A stretch of 64,000 nt of DNA, taken from the sequence record OQ722176.1, one strand, 5' to 3'. The notes below the pieces were generated by a model. The model had not been told where the DNA came from, made no database searches, and saw only the letters and a list, made by a program, of their open reading frames with translations. Position numbers and translations under genes: made by a program. Positions 27,829 through 35,910 of the stretch are shown one piece after another (positions within the stretch are counted from its first letter, which is position 1; each line of letters opens with the position of its first letter).

Positions 27829-28335
27829 ATGCCAACACCTACAACTGGTGCTATTTCAATTGGTACCGTGCGTGATTATTTCAGCAAAACCGGCGCTGCT
27901 TCGCTGTCTCAGTATTATCGAGGTGGTGGCATCGTTCCGAACATTACTGAAAATAACCACGTCCCTACATCAGGCGCGATAAGTTTAGCTAACTTGCGTG
28001 GCGTATATCGTCTTTCATCACGCAGTACAACGTATTCAACAACACGTTCTACAACGTATTCAACGTCGAATTCAACGTCGAGAACAACGTCGAGAACAAC
28101 CACGTATCAATCAACACGTTCTACGACTTACACCACGACGTACTTGACATCACATACGACATCGGTTACAAAAGGTAGTTACACGACGACATACAATACG
28201 TCTAGAAGTACAACTAGAAACACATCGTATGACACAACGAGACCTACGAGTTATACTACAACGTGGACAACGACGTATAATACCAGTCGTTCAACTGCAT
28301 ATAATACAACACGTACAACACAAGTTCCCGTTTAG
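27829..28335 (+). CDS. Probable virion protein with Thr/Ser-rich tetrapeptide-repeat tail
   Basis: N-terminal PTTGAISI...LSQYYRGG...VPTSGAISLANLRG motif of phage virion/fibre proteins; C-terminal ~105 aa of xTT(Y/R)-type repeats; late promoter. Confidence 0.8.
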   Translation: MPTPTTGAISIGTVRDYFSKTGAASLSQYYRGGGIVPNITENNHVPTSGAISLANLRGVYRLSSRSTTYSTTRSTTYSTSNSTSRTTSRTTTYQSTRSTTYTTTYLTSHTTSVTKGSYTTTYNTSRSTTRNTSYDTTRPTSYTTTWTTTYNTSRSTAYNTTRTTQVPV

Positions 28336-28347
28336 TGAGAAACAAAC

Positions 28348-28569
28348 ATGAGTTATAATGAAGAGCTAGAGGCGCGTGTTTCGAAACTCGAAGACGCGAA
28401 TAAACGCCTAGAAAAGATTATTGAAAATTTAGTTGAGTCTATGACTGCTAATAGTGAAGCTATCATCGATCACATTGCCTCACTTGAGAGTGAGCGTGAT
28501 ATGATTTTGCAGTCATATGATGATAGCCTTAGTGAGATAGTGGAAAAGTATGAACCCAAACAACAATGA
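28348..28569 (+). CDS. Small acidic coiled-coil protein
   Basis: Heptad pattern; overlaps next gene. Confidence 0.7.
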   Translation: MSYNEELEARVSKLEDANKRLEKIIENLVESMTANSEAIIDHIASLESERDMILQSYDDSLSEIVEKYEPKQQ

Positions 28570-29407
28570 AATGACGGGTTTCAATAATATGAGTCGCATA
28601 GGGACGCTTAAACTGCGTCACTGTGCAGACAATGTTCGTGCCATGTGTATGGACATTGTCAGTTTATTGAACTCTAACAACATCCCTTGCAATTTCGACA
28701 TCAATCACAATGACGGCGGCAACATCGGTGTTCATGAATGGGTGTCTCAAATCAGTTTCATTCACCTGAAATACATGAACGATGATTTCCAGCGGAAAAT
28801 ATTCGAACATGCCTACCAAAATCCGTCTGACTACATTCACGACTACTTTCGAGAGTTCGACCACGCTGACAAATATAAACTATCATCAAAGCCTAGATTT
28901 CTGAAATATGATAACGTTGTGTTTCTGTGTGGGACAAATGTATTAGAAATTGCAGTTGATTTTGACAAGCTAGATTTGGTATTTGAACAATACCCCGACG
29001 CTGTTATTAAGCCGCACCCGATTACGTCTGTGTATTACATGAATATGCTCAAGACTCGATACGGTTCGAAGAAAGTGCTATCCAATAAAATCTCAGGTAT
29101 AGATGTATTGAAATCAGCAAAGCGAGTTTGGTTACCAACTACGTCTGAATTCTGGTTTAGTGCCTTAATGTATGACAAAGAAATCGACTTCATTGATTCC
29201 GAAAAGTTTGTTGGTACATACACAGCGTTTGTGAAAACAGTGTGGGACATTGCAGAACGTACCGGCGAAGACCACAAGACGATTGTAAATCGAATCATAT
29301 CGTCACCGGTGTCAGGTCTGTACGGCAGCGTTGAAGATGTTGAATTCAACTATGAGCTTTATCGCGATACGATACTAAAACTCGGGGGTAATTTCGATAA
29401 TGTATGA
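28550..29407 (+). CDS. KpsS/KpsC-like (capsule polysaccharide biosynthesis) GT-B transferase
   Basis: DKYK then VIKPHP motif, then ..S....ALMYDK.I; layout of CMP-Kdo-type transferases. Confidence 0.6.
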   Translation: MNPNNNEMTGFNNMSRIGTLKLRHCADNVRAMCMDIVSLLNSNNIPCNFDINHNDGGNIGVHEWVSQISFIHLKYMNDDFQRKIFEHAYQNPSDYIHDYFREFDHADKYKLSSKPRFLKYDNVVFLCGTNVLEIAVDFDKLDLVFEQYPDAVIKPHPITSVYYMNMLKTRYGSKKVLSNKISGIDVLKSAKRVWLPTTSEFWFSALMYDKEIDFIDSEKFVGTYTAFVKTVWDIAERTGEDHKTIVNRIISSPVSGLYGSVEDVEFNYELYRDTILKLGGNFDNV

Positions 29408-30032
29408 TTACGTAATTTACACATCGATCAGTGACAAGAGTCAGTTGAATCAACTGGCTTTATTCGTAGGGTCCTTCATAGAAACGCACAAAAAAGGTCG
29501 AGTTGTTTGCATTACCGATCTTGAACTCGACTTTGATATGCCACGTCTGACGTTCGAGAGAGAACTACCTGACGAGTATGTGTATATCTCTGTGGATAAC
29601 TTTTTCATGGACAAGACATACGGCGTCGCTAGTTTCATTGATGATGGTCGTTGGTATTGTGCATGGCAGCCCGGTGACATTGATGATTTTGTCGTGAAAC
29701 GAAATGGCGAGCGAGAAGGTTTAATCAATCCTAATGTCTGCATAGGCAACTACAATATTTCAAAGTACGGCGACCTAGAAGCGTATTATCGATCTATTGA
29801 TTTGGTTAAAGAATGTGTGAGCATCAATACCAAAGACTTCAAGCCCGACGAAGAGAACAAGCGAAACAGCATGTACACGTTAGTATTCCCGTGGGAAATT
29901 TACTTTCATGTCATGATGATGTATAGTCAGTTCATCGACGAAGATTACATCGAGCGAGTTATGGCAAATTGCAATAAGTTTGTGCATTCAATCTACTATC
30001 GACAATCCGGGGTACTTCGTGACAAACTATGA
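29400..30032 (+). CDS. Hypothetical protein, possible GT-A-fold sugar transferase
   Basis: YVIYT...L..GSF...VVCITD...YISVDNFF resembles a GT8-like N-terminus and DxD region; weak. Confidence 0.4.
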   Translation: MYDYVIYTSISDKSQLNQLALFVGSFIETHKKGRVVCITDLELDFDMPRLTFERELPDEYVYISVDNFFMDKTYGVASFIDDGRWYCAWQPGDIDDFVVKRNGEREGLINPNVCIGNYNISKYGDLEAYYRSIDLVKECVSINTKDFKPDEENKRNSMYTLVFPWEIYFHVMMMYSQFIDEDYIERVMANCNKFVHSIYYRQSGVLRDKL

Positions 30033-30708
30033 TGAAATCATACTTGTTTCGGGGTTAGATAGCTTAGTTCTATATGAATTTCTTGATAGAAAACCCCATC
30101 CTGTTTATTTCAAATGGGGATTTTCTATTGATGAACTCGAAATAGCAAAACTACCACCCGAAACAACGATCATTGAAATGCCTGAACTTCTGCACATTCA
30201 GCATGATCCGTACGAGTTCAAGACTCCGAGAAATCCAGATTTGATTGGTCGCAACACAATGATGTTCAACGCAGTCTTTCATGCGTTTAGACCGTCTGTG
30301 ATTTATCGTGGTACACTGAAAGGCGATGACTTTTACTATGATGCGACAATTGAACACTCAGACGAAATCGCTGGTATGTGGTCTAAGTTGCTTGGTCGAG
30401 AGTGCAGAATAGAACAGCCGTTTATAACCAAGACGAAACGTGAGATCATGCAACTCGCATGTGAATATGAGATTGATGCAAACACGTTGCAACATTGCTA
30501 TAATAGAGACAATAATTGTGGTCGCTGTAGTAAATGTGTTGATGCACATGTTAGTTCAATGTTCACCGATAACCCAGCCATCGACCGACTTACTGAAATT
30601 GTGAATGATTGTGGCATGTCGTCGATGGCTAATCATATGTTTGGTGATAGTACGGTTGACAATATCAAGGAATTTTTGAATGAATATAATCGAACGAACA
30701 GCCGATAA
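30019..30708 (+). CDS. QueC-like PP-loop ATP pyrophosphatase
   Basis: ILVSGLDS PP-loop; TKREIM; C-terminal C-x5-CGRCSKC zinc site; probable GTG start 30019. Confidence 0.7.
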   Translation: MTNYDEIILVSGLDSLVLYEFLDRKPHPVYFKWGFSIDELEIAKLPPETTIIEMPELLHIQHDPYEFKTPRNPDLIGRNTMMFNAVFHAFRPSVIYRGTLKGDDFYYDATIEHSDEIAGMWSKLLGRECRIEQPFITKTKREIMQLACEYEIDANTLQHCYNRDNNCGRCSKCVDAHVSSMFTDNPAIDRLTEIVNDCGMSSMANHMFGDSTVDNIKEFLNEYNRTNSR

Positions 30709-31573
30709 GTTTAAGCATAGTTATCGTGAAGATGTTCAAGGTGCTCAATGGTACTTTGGAAGTAGAACACATGGGTTTTATCTTTATGGGATTGACTCGT
30801 TGGTTGAGAAAGTTAGCGAGTATGATTTCATTGAAATTAAGCATGTACCTGAAGGCACATTTGTCAAACAGGGTGAATCTGCGGTAACTGTGACCATTCA
30901 AGACAGAAGCAAGTTACAATACGGCAATATGATCGAAACATTGTTGTACAATGAATTGTGGTATTCAAGTACAGTCGGGACTATATTGCATCATTGTCGT
31001 GATGTTCTAGAGAATAACGATTTTGGTATTGGATCAGCTTATGCTCAAATCGGTCGTGCTAGTTCGACTCAAGAACAAAGTGATAAAGCTCGTGACATGT
31101 TCTCGCAAATATTCTATGCTTCGTCTGGTGATAAATCACCGGTAGCCATGCATAGTGACATATTAATAAATGGCGAAGAATATTGCATAGATAACTATCG
31201 AGGAATTATGATTGACACGTTTGATAAACAAGCGTGTATCGAATTGATCAAAAAGAAGAACTTTCGCGGTACTGTAATGGTTGATTCTCAGCCAATTATC
31301 GAGACCATTGATCAGGTTCTAGCAGAAACCGAATGCTTTGTCGCTCAAGCTGAAAGCGTGTCACTAGATGAGTGGATTTCGATTGTCGAACATTATCGCG
31401 GCTGCAAACGAGTTTTCTTCGGGATTGGTAGTTTTGCATTTAGCAACATTTCACGAGACACATACGGTTTGATTTACAAAGTTTGTGCTGTGAAGCGCGA
31501 CGATCAATGGCATGCGGTGTCAAAACAAACTCCTGGTAAACAGACATCATCGGGATTTAAAAATATAGCCTAA
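30680..31573 (+). CDS. Divergent miniature NAMPT/NAPRT-family (type II) phosphoribosyltransferase
   Basis: Colinear motifs with NadV at 35911: TADKFKHS, PEG, IETLLYNELWYSSTVGT, AMHS, IDTFD, VDS, FGIG...RDT...K...SK. Confidence 0.75.
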   Translation: MNIIERTADKFKHSYREDVQGAQWYFGSRTHGFYLYGIDSLVEKVSEYDFIEIKHVPEGTFVKQGESAVTVTIQDRSKLQYGNMIETLLYNELWYSSTVGTILHHCRDVLENNDFGIGSAYAQIGRASSTQEQSDKARDMFSQIFYASSGDKSPVAMHSDILINGEEYCIDNYRGIMIDTFDKQACIELIKKKNFRGTVMVDSQPIIETIDQVLAETECFVAQAESVSLDEWISIVEHYRGCKRVFFGIGSFAFSNISRDTYGLIYKVCAVKRDDQWHAVSKQTPGKQTSSGFKNIA

Positions 31574-31575
31574 TT

Positions 31576-32565
31576 ATGAAATATTGCATATCACCATTTA
31601 TATCGCCGTCTATTACACCAGACGGTTTCAAAATATGTTCAATGCCCGGTCAGAAAGTGTACCCTGATATTTCATTCTGGAATAGTGATGAAGTCATTAA
31701 AATACGTGAGCAGATAATTGCAGGTGAAATACCAGAGTCATGTCGTACATGTAGAAGTATGAGGGACGGTCTTGTTACATCATCCGTGAAGCCGACCGAG
31801 ACTATCATTGATTTGAATTTCGAAGCGTTGTACATTGCTCGTTCTAACAAGTGTGAATATGCTTGTGAAATGTGCAGTTCTTCTATTTCTCATAGCTATG
31901 ATAAGAAGTACAATGATGGTAAATTGGGTATGATTGAAAATGACTTTGATGTTATCCCATATCTCGGCAAAACGAAAATGGTTGCCATATCTGGGGGAAA
32001 CCCTGTCATTGACAAAAAGATTGCAGAGATACTTGAGAATCTTGACCCTGAAATGGTTCAGCATTTCATTATCACTTCTAATGGTACGGTATTCCCGGAT
32101 AGATTTCTTAACGCGATCAAGCGTTTGAAATGTGATGTGACGTTGATTTTCTCAATGGATGGCCCGAAAGAGTTCAACGAGGAAGTTAGATTTGGTGCAA
32201 AGCAAGAACGAATTTACCGAACAATCAATAAGGTTCTAGATTCAATTGAAGACATCCCGAATCTACACTTGGCAGTTGAGTATACCATGACTAATAAATC
32301 CATTCACCATTTTGTTGATTTATACGATGAAATGTTGTTTGAGATAAATCCAACTCATTTGAAAAATGGGAAAGTCAATATCATTGCTAATATGTGTACG
32401 TTCCCACATCATCTGAGCGTGACTACTGTTCCTAAGAGCGTAATTGAGGACATACTTCATGTTCAATTGCCATATCTTAGAAAACAGCCGTCGATTCTTT
32501 CAGATCAGTTTATTCATGGTTACGAAAAATTCTTGAGTGAATTGAGTCGAAGCGTGATTATATAA
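31576..32565 (+). CDS. Radical SAM protein with N-terminal twitch/SPASM-like Cys domain, 1
   Basis: C.SPF...IC...WNS...IR...CRTC then SNKCEYACEMC; GGNP, TSNGT, SMDG. Confidence 0.85.
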   Translation: MKYCISPFISPSITPDGFKICSMPGQKVYPDISFWNSDEVIKIREQIIAGEIPESCRTCRSMRDGLVTSSVKPTETIIDLNFEALYIARSNKCEYACEMCSSSISHSYDKKYNDGKLGMIENDFDVIPYLGKTKMVAISGGNPVIDKKIAEILENLDPEMVQHFIITSNGTVFPDRFLNAIKRLKCDVTLIFSMDGPKEFNEEVRFGAKQERIYRTINKVLDSIEDIPNLHLAVEYTMTNKSIHHFVDLYDEMLFEINPTHLKNGKVNIIANMCTFPHHLSVTTVPKSVIEDILHVQLPYLRKQPSILSDQFIHGYEKFLSELSRSVII

Positions 32566-33682
32566 TCAAGTCATACGACTTCACTTGTTCGTAAAATTCA
32601 GGTGAAGTCGTCTTCAAATCAGTTTTTGACTTTCGGTCAATTCGATTGTTCAGAACAAAGAATTCTGAGTTGAACTTACATTCACTATGTTCTAGATTCA
32701 GGCATTCATTGACAAATTTGAATGGTCTAGACAAGTCCTCTCTATCCAGCCCGATATACTTCTCTTGCAATTTCTTGAATCTTTTCACTAGAATATTTTT
32801 GTATGAATCAGGTATATTGTAGATTGAGTATGGGTTTTCTGGCTCACCGACAACGTTCACCGACAAACGAACGCGATCCCCATCATACGTCTCGTAGAAA
32901 TCCGAAACGAATGTTTCTAGATGTTCGAGTAATACATTCGATACCGTAGCTGTAATGACTACATCAAAGTGCTTGCTCATGATCTCGATGTTAGCTTTAG
33001 CTTGTTCTATGTCGGAAAAAATGCGTATGTAGTCTTGGCTTTTTCTCAATCCGTCAATTGAAACGAATATAGTCGATGCATTTGCATCTTTGAGCGAATC
33101 AATCAAACTCGAACCATCAGCAAGAGTAAGACTTGAACCATTTGTGAATATATGAACCGGTGCGCTAATCTCACCGACATTTCTAAGAACTTCGGGTCCA
33201 TTAGACGCTCTAGTAATTTCACCACCTAGAATTGTCAATGAAGACAACCCTTTGCTTACTGTGTTAATCGTTGTACTCAGGTCGTTGAATCGAGTACTAG
33301 AGTCTTCTTCGTTAAAGAATCTCGCCTTCAAGTCGGATAATTTGCTGTAGCAGTATCGACATGCTTGATTGCATTCATTGCTAGGGAATACCAATAGCCA
33401 TTTAACTGAATCTTCGGGCATGATTGCCGATACTGGAACATCATATTCGGTAAGTCGTGCAGGGTCGTTGTCGGTTATGCATTTCTGGCAAGCTGCCGAT
33501 AGCTTGCTCATATCGTGATTTAGCATAGCTTCACGATATGCCACCATCTTCTCATCGTTCCATGCGTCTGCTAGTGTCGTCTCATCAGTGAACCATTCAT
33601 AATCAGCCGAGCAGCAGAATGAAATCTGGTTGTTGGCGCGTGTTAATAGTTGCTTGAACGGCATATAACATAGTGGTTTCAT
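32558..33682 (-). CDS. Radical SAM protein with N-terminal twitch/SPASM-like Cys domain, 2
   Basis: C.MPF...FCC...WND...YR...CQKC then SNECNQACRYC; GGE, TNGS, SIDG...YIR. Confidence 0.85.
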   Translation of the reverse strand: MKPLCYMPFKQLLTRANNQISFCCSADYEWFTDETTLADAWNDEKMVAYREAMLNHDMSKLSAACQKCITDNDPARLTEYDVPVSAIMPEDSVKWLLVFPSNECNQACRYCYSKLSDLKARFFNEEDSSTRFNDLSTTINTVSKGLSSLTILGGEITRASNGPEVLRNVGEISAPVHIFTNGSSLTLADGSSLIDSLKDANASTIFVSIDGLRKSQDYIRIFSDIEQAKANIEIMSKHFDVVITATVSNVLLEHLETFVSDFYETYDGDRVRLSVNVVGEPENPYSIYNIPDSYKNILVKRFKKLQEKYIGLDREDLSRPFKFVNECLNLEHSECKFNSEFFVLNNRIDRKSKTDLKTTSPEFYEQVKSYDLII

Positions 33683-33692
33683 GTGTTAATCC

Positions 33693-34268
33693 TTAGTTAA
33701 AAATGCTACTTGTATATATAGCGTACTTCAATGCATTCACGTGATCTGATTCGCGGTCTACGTGAACACATTGAATATCCTTGAATGCATCTTTGATTTC
33801 TTGGATATTGTCTAGTGAATCGTCGATGAAGTATTTCACATCATGTAATTCCCGCAATTTCTCGACGTATTTTGCCTTTGAGTCGAAATATTCAATCGAA
33901 ATGACTTCGCTGATCATGCGCGGGAACAGTGCGTTTAGATTGTGAACTCGATTCGTCCACGCTGTTCGACTCATGCTGAACTTGGTTAGGGCAATGACGT
34001 TATACCTATCCGAAAGCGCACGTAACGACTCGTAAGCGTCTTCGTATGCTGGTATGTACTTTGCACACTCATGTTCGTTATATGCCCCTATGAGCTTGCC
34101 AAGCTGCATTTCGCTGACGTTCATAAATAAAGAGCGTGCGTCGCTATCTGTTTTCGAGCCATTCATATTCAGATTATCGATCATGCCTAGTTGCATCATG
34201 AAGAACGGCAAGTTGGCTTTCCAATTAAGCAGAACACCGTCTACATCTATGATGATTGTCTTTTTCAT
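33693..34268 (-). CDS. 30.2: HAD-family phosphatase, T4 gp30.2 homologue
   Basis: IIIDVDGVLLNW, NR..NLNALFP...SEV, YFIDD match T4 gp30.2. Confidence 0.85.
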   Translation of the reverse strand: MKKTIIIDVDGVLLNWKANLPFFMMQLGMIDNLNMNGSKTDSDARSLFMNVSEMQLGKLIGAYNEHECAKYIPAYEDAYESLRALSDRYNVIALTKFSMSRTAWTNRVHNLNALFPRMISEVISIEYFDSKAKYVEKLRELHDVKYFIDDSLDNIQEIKDAFKDIQCVHVDRESDHVNALKYAIYTSSIFN

Positions 34269-34307
34269 TACAACCTCGAAAATTTTTAAATTTTTTGAAA
34301 AAAAGTA

Positions 34308-34335
34308 TTGACAGTTCGTTTTGTTCATGTAATAC
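34308..34335 (+). promoter_or_regulatory. Sigma70-type promoter in divergent intergenic region
   Basis: TTGACA-16-TAATAC with A/T-tract upstream. Confidence 0.6.
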
Positions 34336-34408
34336 TTATCACAACTTCAAGAAAGAAGTTAAACAAAACGAAAAGATAACATTTAAACAATATATAAAGG
34401 AAATACAC

Positions 34409-34651
34409 ATGAAAAACTTCAAAGCAATCGCAACTGCACTTTTACTGACAGCTACTTTCTCAACTGGTGTTATGGCACACGGTTCAGGTGGTACTCTAGG
34501 TGGCAACCTTGGTCTTGAAATGTGCAACATCGGCGCAATCAACTGCGGCTTCCCTAAACAAGAAGTGAAAGTCGAAAAGCCAGAAGTGAAAGTTGAAGCT
34601 GAAAAGGCTGAAGCGAAAGAAGTTAAGCTGCCTACTGATATGACAGCTTAA
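34409..34651 (+). CDS. Small secreted protein (80 aa)
   Basis: AAAGGA RBS; Sec signal MKNFKAIATALLLTATFSTGVMA; Gly-rich two-Cys core; EVKVE repeats. Confidence 0.75.
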   Translation: MKNFKAIATALLLTATFSTGVMAHGSGGTLGGNLGLEMCNIGAINCGFPKQEVKVEKPEVKVEAEKAEAKEVKLPTDMTA

Positions 34652-34667
34652 TTGAAAGGGGTGTTTG

Positions 34668-35843
34668 ATGGTTCGTATAATCGCTGACATCCCGGGTACG
34701 AACGTCGGTGATGCTATCATCGCGTTCGCACCGTTGATGAAATTTGCACATACTCTGCGAAATAACAACAAAGAGTTTGAAATCTTAATACCGATTAACT
34801 CGTATACTTTTCGAGGCGAATTACTCCCTCTTATAGACTATATGGTAAGTCTTCATGAGTTGGGTGAATCTGTCAAGGTAGTTGATATTTGGAAGATTGA
34901 CGAAATCGGTGACGTTGACTTGTATGTGCAGTATAATATTGCAAACGGGTGCATGGCTTACAAAAGCAGTCGAGAAAATATTAAAGCGAAGACGAAGATC
35001 ACAAGCTTCTTGAGCGACGAACTGCCGATAAATTATGAATATTTTGATCGAGTTATTAACACGTCGCATTATAACAGACTTCAATTCCCGATATGGTTCA
35101 ATTTCAATGAGATTAATCGCATTATTCTATCTGATTATTTTGGTATAGAATGTGATGAAAAATCATATCTTCTTGATTTGAATTGGGGGTTTGATGGTCG
35201 CCCGAATTACCGAGAAATCGAAAAGCGATTTATCTTTCACGTGTGTGATGATCCAACGTCGGCGTTGAGGTGGACTAACGATGAGTATATCGAATTCATT
35301 CGAGAAGTTAACTCTCATATGCACAATTTGCCTAAATTGACATTCATCATTCACAATAATGAAGAATCGGTCAAGCAAATTGTCGATTCGATTGACAACG
35401 ATGTTGAATACATTGAAGGATCGTTGAAAGAGATCGCCGAATACATCAATCAGAAGGCATCTATCGTGATAACTCACTCGACGGGTATCATGCACATTGC
35501 AGCAGCATTGATGTGTTCAACCACTGAGTTGTCGAAATCACAGAGCTATTGGCACGGTATGCATTGGTGTCCACCGTGTGGTGTGAAAAAGCACTTTATA
35601 ATCGAGCCTCATTGTTACATATTCAGCAGCGTTGTTGATATTGACATAAAAAAAGCGGCTGGTGTTTTTCATAACTGGTTGATTAAACGGGGTCACTGTC
35701 CCGTCGAAACTGCTATGTCAGCGCATAAAGAGTTGCATAGCAATTTTAAAGCATTGAAAGAACGTCTCACTCCTGAAGAAATATCATCTATGATATGGAG
35801 CGCGGCTCATAAGTCAATGACAGTGAATGAGTTTAAATTTTAA
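34668..35843 (+). CDS. GT9 (heptosyltransferase-like) glycosyltransferase
   Basis: NVGDAII..PL, RW..E, SLKEIA..I..ASIVITHSTGIMHIAAAL. Confidence 0.75.
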   Translation: MVRIIADIPGTNVGDAIIAFAPLMKFAHTLRNNNKEFEILIPINSYTFRGELLPLIDYMVSLHELGESVKVVDIWKIDEIGDVDLYVQYNIANGCMAYKSSRENIKAKTKITSFLSDELPINYEYFDRVINTSHYNRLQFPIWFNFNEINRIILSDYFGIECDEKSYLLDLNWGFDGRPNYREIEKRFIFHVCDDPTSALRWTNDEYIEFIREVNSHMHNLPKLTFIIHNNEESVKQIVDSIDNDVEYIEGSLKEIAEYINQKASIVITHSTGIMHIAAALMCSTTELSKSQSYWHGMHWCPPCGVKKHFIIEPHCYIFSSVVDIDIKKAAGVFHNWLIKRGHCPVETAMSAHKELHSNFKALKERLTPEEISSMIWSAAHKSMTVNEFKF

Positions 35844-35910
35844 GTTTAACAACAGTGAAAAATGATTCATAATTGAATCTCAACAAAATGCATAAAATGG
35901 GAGCCATAAC

